Shown piece by piece: positions 34,146 through 42,402 of a stretch of DNA of 44,400 nt. How positions within the stretch are numbered: the first letter of the stretch is position 1; each line of letters starts with the position of its first letter. Under the pieces are notes generated by a model. The model saw nothing but the letters and a program-made list of their open reading frames with translations. It had not been told where the DNA came from and did no database searches. The stretch is from an uncultured Candidatus Saccharibacteria bacterium. GTDB taxonomy: Bacteria; Patescibacteriota; Minisyncoccia; Phycocordibacterales; JAACPR01. Location of the stretch: assembly GCA_964534415.1 (NCBI GenBank), contig CAZHOL010000001.1:1-44400 (forward strand), written 5' to 3'. The translations under genes and the position numbers were made by a program.

Positions 34146-35522
34146 TTAGAAATTATCAACGTCTGTGTTGCCGTAATCGCTCTTATCAACATCACGGAAA
34201 GTAGATTTTGTATCGTCGAAATACAATTGAACGACACCAGTCGGACCATTTCTGTGCTTTTCAATCAAAATTTCAGCAATATTTGTTTTGTCTGTTTGCT
34301 CTTTGTAGCGGTCTTCACGGTGAATAAATGCTACAACATCGGCATCTTGCTCGATAGAACCGGAATCTCGGAGGTCGGATAGACGAGGTTTTCCTCCACG
34401 TTGTTCGACAGCACGAGAAAGTTGTGACAAAGCCAACACAGGCACCTCCAATTCACGCGCTAGTGATTTCAGTGAGCGAGAAATTTCTGTGACCTGTTGA
34501 ACGACGTTGTCATTGTTTTTGCTGGTCGTTGGTGCCATGAGTTGTAGGTAGTCGACAACGATTAGACCGAGACCGTGTTCACTTTTTAGTTTTCTTGCAG
34601 TTGATCGCATCGAAATAATATTGTTTGCGGGTTTATCATCGATGTAAATTGGAGCTTCAGACAAAACACCTAAAGTATCTCGTATTCTTTCAAAGTCTGA
34701 TTCGAGCGTCAAATTACCTGTTCGCAAATTCCAAGCGTTAACCTGTGCCTCTGCTGCGAGCATTCTGTCTATTAATTGCTGCGCGGACATTTCGAGAGAG
34801 AAAATACAGACGCCGACTTTTTCGCGCACACCAACATTTCTAGCGATATCGAGGGCGAGGGAAGTCTTACCGACCGATGGGCGCGCCGCTAGAATGATGA
34901 GGTCAGATTTTTGCAATCCGGCGAGCAAATTATCGAGACCTCTGAATCCAGTCTTCACTCCGCGAATCTCGTCTTTGTTTTTGTGGAGATGATCTATTCT
35001 TTCCCATGCGCCACCCAGAGTTTCTTTGATTGAAACGAGTGTCCTAGTATCGTTTTTGTTTGTAACATGAAAAATTTTCTTTTCTGCCTCGTCCAAAATG
35101 TTTTCAATCGCTTGCTCTTCATTGTATCCGAGAGCAGAAATTCTTTCTGAAGCCTCGATCAGACTTCGCAAAGTGTGTTTGCTAACTACAATGTCGGCAT
35201 AATATTTGATGTTGGCTGATGATGGGACAGAGTCGGTGAGCTCGGTCAAATATACGCGACCGCCAGCCTGATCCAATTTATTCGCATTCTTTAATTTTTC
35301 TGAAACAGAAATCAAATCGATTGGCTGTCCCTCAGAATATAGTTTCAAAATGGTTTCGTAAATTGTTTTATGGCGAAGAGAATAAAATACATCAGGACTA
35401 ATTATATCCATAACCTCGTTGATTGCCTCCGGTCTCAACATAATTGAACCGAGCACAGCTTTCTCCGCTTCAATGTTGTGTGGAGGTACTTTTAATGTAT
35501 TTTTTTTCTGTTGTTCGCTCAT
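34146..35522 (-). CDS. dnaB: Replicative DNA helicase DnaB (no intein)
   Basis: PPHNIEAEKAVLGSIML, Walker A AARPSVGKTSLAL, VVDYLQLM, SQLSRAVEQR. Confidence 0.95.
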   Translation of the reverse strand: MSEQQKKNTLKVPPHNIEAEKAVLGSIMLRPEAINEVMDIISPDVFYSLRHKTIYETILKLYSEGQPIDLISVSEKLKNANKLDQAGGRVYLTELTDSVPSSANIKYYADIVVSKHTLRSLIEASERISALGYNEEQAIENILDEAEKKIFHVTNKNDTRTLVSIKETLGGAWERIDHLHKNKDEIRGVKTGFRGLDNLLAGLQKSDLIILAARPSVGKTSLALDIARNVGVREKVGVCIFSLEMSAQQLIDRMLAAEAQVNAWNLRTGNLTLESDFERIRDTLGVLSEAPIYIDDKPANNIISMRSTARKLKSEHGLGLIVVDYLQLMAPTTSKNNDNVVQQVTEISRSLKSLARELEVPVLALSQLSRAVEQRGGKPRLSDLRDSGSIEQDADVVAFIHREDRYKEQTDKTNIAEILIEKHRNGPTGVVQLYFDDTKSTFRDVDKSDYGNTDVDNF

Positions 35523-35612
35523 ATTTTTATATCAATAGAATAGCACAAAAACATTTATGAAGTTTTTCTAAAAATCTCACAAAATGTGGATGAAAAGGGG
35601 ATTAGTCTCGTC

Positions 35613-37010
35613 CTACTTCCTGGCTTTAATTTCAAAGCCATTTTGGCCGTCTATGATATCAAATCCCAGAACCTTTGCATCTTCACGTAATTTATCAGAA
35701 GTTGTAAAGTCCCGATTTTTACGAGCCAGTTCGCGTTTGTGTGCAATTTCAACAACTTCATCAGGAACAACAGAATCTTTCAATTCACGAGACATTTTTT
35801 CGAAACCAATTCCCAAAACCTGGTCCAGAATTAAAATAGTTTTTTTCTTTTTCGACGCAGAAATTTTCTCATCGCGCATCATTTCCCATAGCACAGCGAT
35901 TGCTGAAGCGGTGTTCAAGTTGTCAGAAAGGGCGGCGTTGAATTTTTCAATTGTTTTTTTGTCGGCGCTTTCAAAAAACTTTGTTTTTGTATTTTTAAGC
36001 AAACGCAAAATTTTCTCTACTGCACTTTTCGATGCTTCGAGAGCTTCAATTGTTAAATTTTTCTGCGCACCGTAGTTTGTCGTCAATAACCAATATCGAA
36101 AAATTGCAGGAGAAATGTTTTTTGAAATTAATTCATCGACGTACATAACATTGCCGTCAGACTTTGATAATTTTGTTCCATTCAACATCAAATGATTGAA
36201 GTGTATCCAGTAATTTGCGAGAGGTTTTTTAAAAGCTCCAACAGATTGTGCAATTTCGTTATTGTGATGAACTGGAATGTGTTCAATTCCGCCGATGTGA
36301 ATATCAAATGGCTGACCAAGTAATTTTCGAGACATCGCAGAACATTCAATATGCCATCCTGGAAATCCTACGCCCCAAGGAGACTGCCACTCCTGCTGCC
36401 TCTTTTCGTTTGGATTTGAGAACTTCCAAAGCGCAAAGTCGGTCACATTTTTTTTCTCACTGTTGAACTCCACGCGTGCACCTTCTTTTAAACCTCCTAC
36501 ATCAATATTACCGAGCTTTCCATACTCTGGAAATTTGCTTGTATCAAAATATATTCCATCGCTTGTCCTATATGTGAATTCATCTCGTTCTAGAATTTTA
36601 ATAATTTCAATTTGTTCAGGAATATTTTCCGTTGCTTTTGGAAATGAAATCGAGTCGACATCCACATTAACCGATCGCAAGTCGCTCATGAATTGCGCAG
36701 TTACTTCCTCGGCGATTTCTCGGGCGCTACGATTATTTTTTTTGGAAGCTTTCTCCATTTTATCTTCGCCATCGTCTCCATCACTCACCAAATGACCGAC
36801 GTCTGTGATATTTATAACCAACTTTGTCTTATTCCCGAGGTAATCAAAAAATCTTTTCAAAGTGTCGGAATAAATGAAAGCGCTAATGTTTCCAAGATGC
36901 TGTTTTGAATATACAGTTGGCCCACAGTGATATATTCCAACGCGGTTTTTTCTGATCGGAATGAATTCCTCTTTCGTGCCAGAAAGCGTGTTCTTTAAGA
37001 AAATTTTCAT
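35613..37010 (-). CDS. cysS: Cysteinyl-tRNA synthetase
   Basis: YHCGPTVYSKQHLGN (HIGH region), WHIECSAM, KLSKS. Confidence 0.93.
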   Translation of the reverse strand: MKIFLKNTLSGTKEEFIPIRKNRVGIYHCGPTVYSKQHLGNISAFIYSDTLKRFFDYLGNKTKLVINITDVGHLVSDGDDGEDKMEKASKKNNRSAREIAEEVTAQFMSDLRSVNVDVDSISFPKATENIPEQIEIIKILERDEFTYRTSDGIYFDTSKFPEYGKLGNIDVGGLKEGARVEFNSEKKNVTDFALWKFSNPNEKRQQEWQSPWGVGFPGWHIECSAMSRKLLGQPFDIHIGGIEHIPVHHNNEIAQSVGAFKKPLANYWIHFNHLMLNGTKLSKSDGNVMYVDELISKNISPAIFRYWLLTTNYGAQKNLTIEALEASKSAVEKILRLLKNTKTKFFESADKKTIEKFNAALSDNLNTASAIAVLWEMMRDEKISASKKKKTILILDQVLGIGFEKMSRELKDSVVPDEVVEIAHKRELARKNRDFTTSDKLREDAKVLGFDIIDGQNGFEIKARK

Positions 37011-37011
37011 A

Positions 37012-37935
37012 CTATAACCATTTATTATACTTGATCACACCAAATGTAAATAGGGAGAAAATCGCCATAATTAAAATTATGATTCCAAAATCATTGGCCG
37101 AACCAACAATCGGCATATTAACGGTGTTCATGTTAAAAATGTTTGCAATCAAAGACAGTGGCAACACCAAAAAAGTGATAACTGTGAGAGTTTTCATCAC
37201 CTCATTTTGTTTTGTGGATAACAGAGAATTGTTTGTTTCTCGCAACTCGTCCAGATATTCTTTGACAGAAGTTATCTCGTTTTTAACTTTCAAATATTCA
37301 CCGATAATTGTTTTTGCATAATATTTGAATTCTGGTCCAAAAAAACTATCGCTAGCGTTCAATAAATTCTTCAAAACATCGTGATGCATAGAAAATGCAG
37401 ATTTAAAGTTGATCAATTGTCTATTCAAATGAGAAAATTCCCAAACCATTTTTCTTTCATTTCCTGAAAAAATGTTGTCCTCGGCGGTTTTAATTTTTTC
37501 TTTCAGAGCCTCTAATTTGTTGTACAGATTGAGATAAAGATGTTTCAGCATATAGAAGAATATGAAGCCACCGTTCATGGACATGTTTGATTTGTCTAGA
37601 ATAGAATCCACCTCAAAAACTTTGCTGAATTCCAAAATGGCACTGTATGGTTCGTATCGATTTGTGATCAAATAATCCTTGCCAATTACGAAATCAATTT
37701 CATGAAATCTATTTTCATTCGCCGAATCAATTTTGTCGCTGATAATTGGGAAGTGAAGTATCAAATAAATATTATCATCGTGCACATCAACGTATGGTCT
37801 GTATGATGGTGTAAGCAAGTCGCTAGCAATGTTAGGGTCGAGAGAATATTTTTCTGCAATTTGCCTAATTTCTTTTGCAGAAGGGTTCTCGAGATCGACC
37901 CACACTGTATTTTTGTGTTTGTAATTTGAAATCAT
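37012..37935 (-). CDS. corA: CorA-family divalent cation transporter with NMN in place of GMN
   Basis: CorA architecture: a cytoplasmic domain and two C-terminal TM segments, with LPLSLIANIFNMNTVNMP aligning to the canonical (Y/F)GMNFxxMP loop. Confidence 0.8.
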   Translation of the reverse strand: MISNYKHKNTVWVDLENPSAKEIRQIAEKYSLDPNIASDLLTPSYRPYVDVHDDNIYLILHFPIISDKIDSANENRFHEIDFVIGKDYLITNRYEPYSAILEFSKVFEVDSILDKSNMSMNGGFIFFYMLKHLYLNLYNKLEALKEKIKTAEDNIFSGNERKMVWEFSHLNRQLINFKSAFSMHHDVLKNLLNASDSFFGPEFKYYAKTIIGEYLKVKNEITSVKEYLDELRETNNSLLSTKQNEVMKTLTVITFLVLPLSLIANIFNMNTVNMPIVGSANDFGIIILIMAIFSLFTFGVIKYNKWL

Positions 37936-38011
37936 TCAGAAATATTGTACCACAGTATATTTATGTAAACTAAAATTGACCCACAAGTTATAATTTGAGA
38001 TAATTTCGGTA

Positions 38012-39220
38012 ATGAAATTTAACTTTAAAAATATCTATTTGTCAGTTGCTAGCATTTTGCTAATCGTAATAGTTTTTTTCGGAGGTTATTTTACAGCTAA
38101 TATAAAATCTTTTGATTCAAATATTTCTTTTACAGAAATAGTTAATGCATCTGGTCAGGCCGACCTAACTAATTTTTGGAAAGTTTGGAATTTGTTGGAT
38201 GAGAAATTTATTTCATCGGCCACTTCTTCAAAAATATCAAACGAGGAAAAAATAAATGGTGCAATCTCGGGTTTAGTGGATTCACTAGGAGATCCATACA
38301 CAGTATTCTTTCCACCAAAGGAAAAGAAATCTTTTGATGACAGCTTGAAAGGGAATTTGGAAGGAGTTGGTATGGAGGTTGGGCTAAAGGAGGGTGTAAT
38401 TTCTGTAATTGCTCCGCTCAAAGGTTCTCCTGCAGAGAGGGCTGGTATCAAGCCTGGCGATATTGTTGCTGAAATTGATGGTGAAACTACTTTAAATATG
38501 ACTGTTGAAGTTGCCGTTTCAAAAATCAGAGGCAAGGCTGGTAGCACTGTGGCTCTGACAATTATTCGTGAAAATGAAAAAGAGCCACTGAAAATTAATA
38601 TTGTGCGTGAAATAATAAAAATTCCTAATCTAAAGACTGAATTGCGCGAGGATGGAATTTTTGTCATCTCGTTGTATAACTTTGGTAATAGTGCTTCTGC
38701 AGAATTTAGGAAAGCTTTGCGCGAGTTTGTTTTGTCAAAGAAATCTAGATTAATTCTCGATTTGCGAGGAAATCCTGGAGGATATTTAGAATCTGCAGTT
38801 GACATTGCTAGTTGGTTTTTACCTTCTGGAAAGGTAATTGTTCAAGAAGATTTCGGAAAAGAGGTGAAAAACTTTCGCGCAAACGGACAAAATGTTTTTA
38901 ATGATAAATTAAAAATGGTTGTGTTGATAGACAAAGGATCTGCGAGTGCTTCAGAAATTCTTGCCGGAGCGCTTCAGGAACACAAAATAGCTAAACTAGT
39001 TGGTACAAAATCATACGGTAAGGGTTCTGTGCAGGAATTGATAGATATTGGCGACGATACTTCACTCAAAGTGACAATCGCGCGATGGTTAACTCCAACA
39101 GGAAAATCTATTTCTGAAGGAGGATTAACACCTGATTATCTTGTGGACAGGGCTCCAGAAAAAATTGAACTTGAAGACTTCCAAATGAGCGAAGCTGTCC
39201 GTATTTTGAAATCTATGTAG
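38012..39220 (+). CDS. ctpA: S41 carboxy-terminal processing protease
   Basis: PDZ GIKPGDIVAEIDGE, DLRGNPGGYL, GSASASEILAGAL, N-terminal TM segment. Confidence 0.9.
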   Translation: MKFNFKNIYLSVASILLIVIVFFGGYFTANIKSFDSNISFTEIVNASGQADLTNFWKVWNLLDEKFISSATSSKISNEEKINGAISGLVDSLGDPYTVFFPPKEKKSFDDSLKGNLEGVGMEVGLKEGVISVIAPLKGSPAERAGIKPGDIVAEIDGETTLNMTVEVAVSKIRGKAGSTVALTIIRENEKEPLKINIVREIIKIPNLKTELREDGIFVISLYNFGNSASAEFRKALREFVLSKKSRLILDLRGNPGGYLESAVDIASWFLPSGKVIVQEDFGKEVKNFRANGQNVFNDKLKMVVLIDKGSASASEILAGALQEHKIAKLVGTKSYGKGSVQELIDIGDDTSLKVTIARWLTPTGKSISEGGLTPDYLVDRAPEKIELEDFQMSEAVRILKSM

Positions 39221-39239
39221 ATTTGTGTAGAATGGTGGC

Positions 39240-39683
39240 ATGAAAGTCTTTTTATTGAAAAACGTATCAAAAATTGGTCAGAAAGGGGATATAAAGGATG
39301 TGAAGGAGGGCTATGTTCGCAACATGCTTTTGCCTCGTGGTTTGGCTAAAATTGCAACGCCTGCGGATATCGCCGGCGCGGAGAAAGCTTCAAAAATGTC
39401 CAAGGAACACGAGGAGGCACGAACTCGAGAAATTTACAAAATGTTTGACGAAGTTAAGGGCAAGGTCGTCACCATCTCAGAGAAAGCCAGTGAAAAAGGG
39501 CATCTATTCGCCCAGATCAGCAGAGAAAAAATTCTCTCCGCAGCCAGCGCACAGTTAGGGACAAAAATCGAAGATTCATGGCTGATTGCGCCCGAGCACT
39601 TGAAAGAGGTTGGGCAACATAAAATCGAATTGCATTTTAAGAATAGGAAGAGTGAGTTTGTGTTAGAGGTTAAAGCTTTGTAA
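39240..39683 (+). CDS. rplI: 50S ribosomal protein L9
   Basis: MKVFLLKNVSKIGQKGDIKDVKEGYVRNMLLPRGLA. Confidence 0.93.
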   Translation: MKVFLLKNVSKIGQKGDIKDVKEGYVRNMLLPRGLAKIATPADIAGAEKASKMSKEHEEARTREIYKMFDEVKGKVVTISEKASEKGHLFAQISREKILSAASAQLGTKIEDSWLIAPEHLKEVGQHKIELHFKNRKSEFVLEVKAL

Positions 39684-39686
39684 AAA

Positions 39687-39718
39687 TAAAAAACCACTTC
39701 GAGATGAAGTGGTTTTTT
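39687..39718. terminator. Bidirectional terminator between the convergent rplI and rpmA genes
   Basis: A-run, CCACTTC (39694-39700) GAGAT GAAGTGG (39706-39712), then T6. Confidence 0.8.
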
Positions 39719-39727
39719 AATGTTAAT

Positions 39728-40000
39728 TTATTTAACCGACACCTCTACAAATCGCTGAATTTTACCATCAAAGTTAGTCTTTCTTCGGCTTCCGAATTTC
39801 ACGATACCGTCTTTGATTGCGTAGATTGTGTGATCCTTGCCGATAGCTGTATTTGTGCCAGGGAGAATTTTGCTTCCTCGCTGTCGGATGATGATTGAAC
39901 CAACCTGGGCTCGCTCTCCGTCATGGAGTTTAGTACCCAAATACTTTGGATTTGAATCTGTAAGGTTTTTGGCTGTTCCGGCGGCTTTAACTGTTGACAT
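39728..40000 (-). CDS. rpmA: 50S ribosomal protein L27
   Basis: GTAKNLTDSNPKYLGTKLHDGE...GSIIIRQRGSKILPGTN.GKDHTIYA. Confidence 0.92.
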   Translation of the reverse strand: MSTVKAAGTAKNLTDSNPKYLGTKLHDGERAQVGSIIIRQRGSKILPGTNTAIGKDHTIYAIKDGIVKFGSRRKTNFDGKIQRFVEVSVK

Positions 40001-40063
40001 ATTTTTGTAATTAAATCTTTATCTAAATTTTATCTGCTTGTAATATAATATAATGCGTTAGGT

Positions 40064-40432
40064 ATGAGTCTAGAACAAATCAAAGAAAAAATCAAGCCCT
40101 TTTCGCCCATCTTGAGTTGGGCTTTAAATATAGCAATTTTCCTTGCGTTTATTTCGCTTTTAATTGCGCTTTTCCAGGTTAGAGCCATCAATGCTCGAAA
40201 AGAGGGAATAGAGGTAATACGAGGCGATTTTGAAGCAAATTTTGCCATTTCTACGGCCAAAACAGGTGACACCGCGGACAAAATTGTGGCATCCAAAACC
40301 GGCACCAGGTATTATTTCTCAAATTGTTCCGGTGTACAGGCCATCAAGCCGGAAAATAGGGTATTTTTCGAGTCAATAGAGGCCGCCGAGAGGGCAGGTT
40401 TGACACTTGCAAAAAATTGCAAAAAACCCTAA
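40064..40432 (+). CDS. Membrane-anchored protein with a small C-terminal Cys-containing domain (YYFxNC...FFESxEAAxxAG...NC)
   Basis: One TM segment (ILSWALNIAIFLAFISLLIALF). The C-terminal pattern resembles the small Ada-like / sunset-type domains common in such genomes. This functional guess is weak. Confidence 0.6.
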   Translation: MSLEQIKEKIKPFSPILSWALNIAIFLAFISLLIALFQVRAINARKEGIEVIRGDFEANFAISTAKTGDTADKIVASKTGTRYYFSNCSGVQAIKPENRVFFESIEAAERAGLTLAKNCKKP

Positions 40433-40472
40433 AAATGAGCATTTATGGCTTGAAATATGGGTATTTTGGCTA

Positions 40473-40572
40473 TTGACTCCAAAATAGTGGGTGTGCTATA
40501 ATAGACCTAACTCGGACGTTAGAACGTTCGAGCTTTTTTGTTTCAGGCCTTCTAAAAAAGATCACCTGAAAC
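40473..40572 (+). promoter_or_regulatory. Extended -10 promoter followed immediately by a terminator hairpin and a second hairpin (possible leader or attenuator of the SLT gene)
   Basis: TTGACT 40473-40478, TGcTATAAT 40494-40502. Then CTCGGACGT (40511-40519) / ACGTTCGAG (40524-40532) followed by CTTTTTT, and GTTTCAGG (40540-40547) / CCTGAAAC (40565-40572). Confidence 0.45.
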
Positions 40573-40640
40573 CTGCGTACGAGTAATATGGATGCAAGCG
40601 CAGATTAACATTAATCAATAGGCTTATTATTCAATTAGCG

Positions 40641-41096
40641 ATGGGAATTGCCATGCTTGCAGCGACAATTACGAACCAAGTATCAGGCACAGAACAGACA
40701 CAAGCGAATACAAACACTGAATCTACAGTAATTGTTGAAACGGAAATCAATTCAGAACATTCAGTCAAAAAGTCAAAAACAACTAAAGAAACAGTTGAGG
40801 AATACTTCCAAGACATTCCAATTCTAGTCGATGTTGCTTTTTGTGAGTCTAGATTCAGACAAACTAATCCTGATGGTTCCGTCCTTCGTGGCGAAGCCAA
40901 CAGAGATGACGTTGGTGTGATGCAGATTAATGAAAAGTATCACCTAGAGACTTCAAAAAAGCTCGGATTAGATATTCACACTCTAGAAGGAAACATGGCT
41001 TACGGACGATATCTCTATGAGAAATTCGGAACCGATCCATGGGAATATTCTTCAAAATGTTGGAAGAAACATCGTGAAGTCGCTTTGGCGAAATAA
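40641..41096 (+). CDS. Lytic transglycosylase (SLT/lysozyme-like) domain protein
   Basis: VAFCESRFRQ (catalytic Glu-Ser), DVGVMQINEKYH, and YGRYLYEKFG downstream. The N-terminal start is uncertain (40641 or 40653). Confidence 0.7.
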   Translation: MGIAMLAATITNQVSGTEQTQANTNTESTVIVETEINSEHSVKKSKTTKETVEEYFQDIPILVDVAFCESRFRQTNPDGSVLRGEANRDDVGVMQINEKYHLETSKKLGLDIHTLEGNMAYGRYLYEKFGTDPWEYSSKCWKKHREVALAK

Positions 41097-41111
41097 CGGA
41101 TGTTTGCAGAG

Positions 41112-41138
41112 ACTGCCTGAGAGGGCGGTTTTTGTTTT
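41112..41138 (+). terminator. Terminator of the SLT gene
   Basis: ACTGCC (41112-41117) / GGCGGT (41124-41129) running into TTTTTGTTTT. Confidence 0.55.
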
Positions 41139-41165
41139 AAGAAAAACCTCCGGGTGGGGGAGGTT
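41138..41165 (-). terminator. Terminator of the 64-aa minus-strand gene
   Basis: AACCTCC (41145-41151) / GGAGGTT (41159-41165), followed on the minus strand by TTTTCTT. Confidence 0.55.
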
Positions 41166-41184
41166 GTGGTGCGGTGAGTTTTGA

Positions 41185-41379
41185 TCATTGTGTCTTGTTA
41201 TCGGGCAAACTGAATCCGATTCTCGGAGGGCGGATTTTTGTAACGCTGCTCGTTTTGGGAATAAGGAGATTTGCAAGTGACTTGTGTTTTTCAGGATTGT
41301 CATCAAGATATTCGCGCCAGGCTTTGTCAAAATCTACACCACTGCCTTTTTTAGGCTTAGCTGTATTAATTGTCGTCAT
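41185..41379 (-). CDS. Hypothetical 64-aa basic protein
   Basis: Internal Met of the track ORF 41185..41454. GGAGAG precedes ATG 41379. It has its own promoter TTGACT-17-TAAATT (41454-41426, minus strand) and terminator. Sequence: MTTINTAKPKKGSGVDFDKAWREYLDDNPEKHKSL... Confidence 0.5.
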   Translation of the reverse strand: MTTINTAKPKKGSGVDFDKAWREYLDDNPEKHKSLANLLIPKTSSVTKIRPPRIGFSLPDNKTQ

Positions 41380-41425
41380 TGGAGTACTCTCCGGCTTGGG
41401 GTTTGTGCTGAAATTTCCTGTTAAA

Positions 41426-41493
41426 AATTTACCTTGTGAGGAAGTTAAAGTCAAATATTTTATGTTTGACTTTCTTTATATAAAGTATAGTGT
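41426..41493. promoter_or_regulatory. Divergent promoter pair whose back-to-back -35 boxes form a perfect 9-nt inverted repeat
   Basis: AAAGTCAAA (41447-41455), a 9-nt spacer, then TTTGACTTT (41465-41473). Plus strand: TTGACT 41466-41471 and TAGTGT 41488-41493. Minus strand: TTGACT 41454-41449 and TAAATT 41431-41426. Confidence 0.5.
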
Positions 41494-41586
41494 TTTACAC
41501 AGATCATCCTCTAAAACCGGAGCCATTTGTTCTGGTTGCCTACGCATAGTGTGTAGGCGCGTTGGGGATGAAAGGAGAGTCCGAAC

Positions 41587-42261
41587 ATGAGCAAAAATAA
41601 AATAAAAAGTCGGGTATCACTGCACGAGATTTTGTTTGGTGATCTAGGTGAGAGAGGGTTGTGTCTCGAAACTACAATTCGAGATCCCAATATCTCACGT
41701 GAGGAAGCCATATCTATGAATAAATGCGGGCGTTTCACTCGGAGCTATTACCACAGGTATTGCCACCATTACTTTTTGGGGGAAGTTAAATTTTTGCAAA
41801 TCAATCAGTCCGATAAGTGTATGATAACGATCAGACTGGCCGCCGGTTACGGCGGTATGATTCCTTTCGTTGAGGAGATGGCAAAAAATGAGCTGACAAA
41901 GCTTGAACAGGATGTCGGCTTGAAGCGCGCAGAAAACTTTGGCCGTCACATCGTTAATAGTTTGCCAGACTTTAACTTCGAAATTTCAATGAGAAGAGAC
42001 GAGCCATTTTTGGCCATGGCATCACGAGTCGTAGTCGAAATTTGTATTGCTCTCGGTGTCGACATCTCAAAGAAGTCGGATCGGGGTGATGGTTCTTACG
42101 AAATTGAACAAGCTCTCAAGAATGTAAAAACTAGTAGAGAACAACAGGTTTTGTATCGCGGCAAATGGATGTCTGAGGAAGATTTTCGGGCGAAGTTCAT
42201 TCAAGACAACATCAAGGAGGCTCTCTTGGCTCATGGTGCCGAGGTCACGAAGAAGACTTGA
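41587..42261 (+). CDS. Hypothetical 224-aa protein (orphan)
   Basis: AAGGAGAG upstream of the ATG, and a 5' UTR of about 90 nt containing hairpin CCTACGCA-TAG-TGTGTAGG. No known motif, signal peptide or TM segment. Confidence 0.65.
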   Translation: MSKNKIKSRVSLHEILFGDLGERGLCLETTIRDPNISREEAISMNKCGRFTRSYYHRYCHHYFLGEVKFLQINQSDKCMITIRLAAGYGGMIPFVEEMAKNELTKLEQDVGLKRAENFGRHIVNSLPDFNFEISMRRDEPFLAMASRVVVEICIALGVDISKKSDRGDGSYEIEQALKNVKTSREQQVLYRGKWMSEEDFRAKFIQDNIKEALLAHGAEVTKKT

Positions 42262-42282
42262 TACGTGTTCGTTTGGTTGTGG

Positions 42283-42319
42283 AGAGGGGTGCTAACTTTG
42301 GCACTCCTCTTTTCTTTTT
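42283..42319 (+). terminator. Intrinsic terminator
   Basis: AGAGGGGTGC (42283-42292) / GCACTCCTCT (42301-42310) followed by TTTCTTTTT. Confidence 0.7.
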
Positions 42320-42346
42320 CTGATTACTAACAATTGATTTGATTAA

Positions 42347-42374
42347 AGCCCCGCCGGAATCTTCCGGCGGGGCT
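42347..42374. terminator. Strong GC hairpin between convergent genes
   Basis: AGCCCCGCCGG (42347-42357) / CCGGCGGGGCT (42364-42374), an 11-bp stem. On the minus strand it is followed by TTTAATC. Confidence 0.6.
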
Positions 42375-42402
42375 TAGCTATTTTCAAATTATGACTCATG
42401 TC

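Noticed and set aside
33150-40000. rplU (L21) and rpmA (L27) being unlinked and on opposite strands.
   Set aside because: This is a real observation but an ordinary rearrangement. L27 shows no N-terminal extension, so no Prp-type protease is expected.
41174-41590. 138-aa plus-strand ORF spanning the terminators, the 64-aa minus-strand gene and both divergent promoters.
   Set aside because: It has no SD site and crosses two terminators and the promoter palindrome. The minus-strand 64-aa ORF has a coherent promoter, SD site and terminator.
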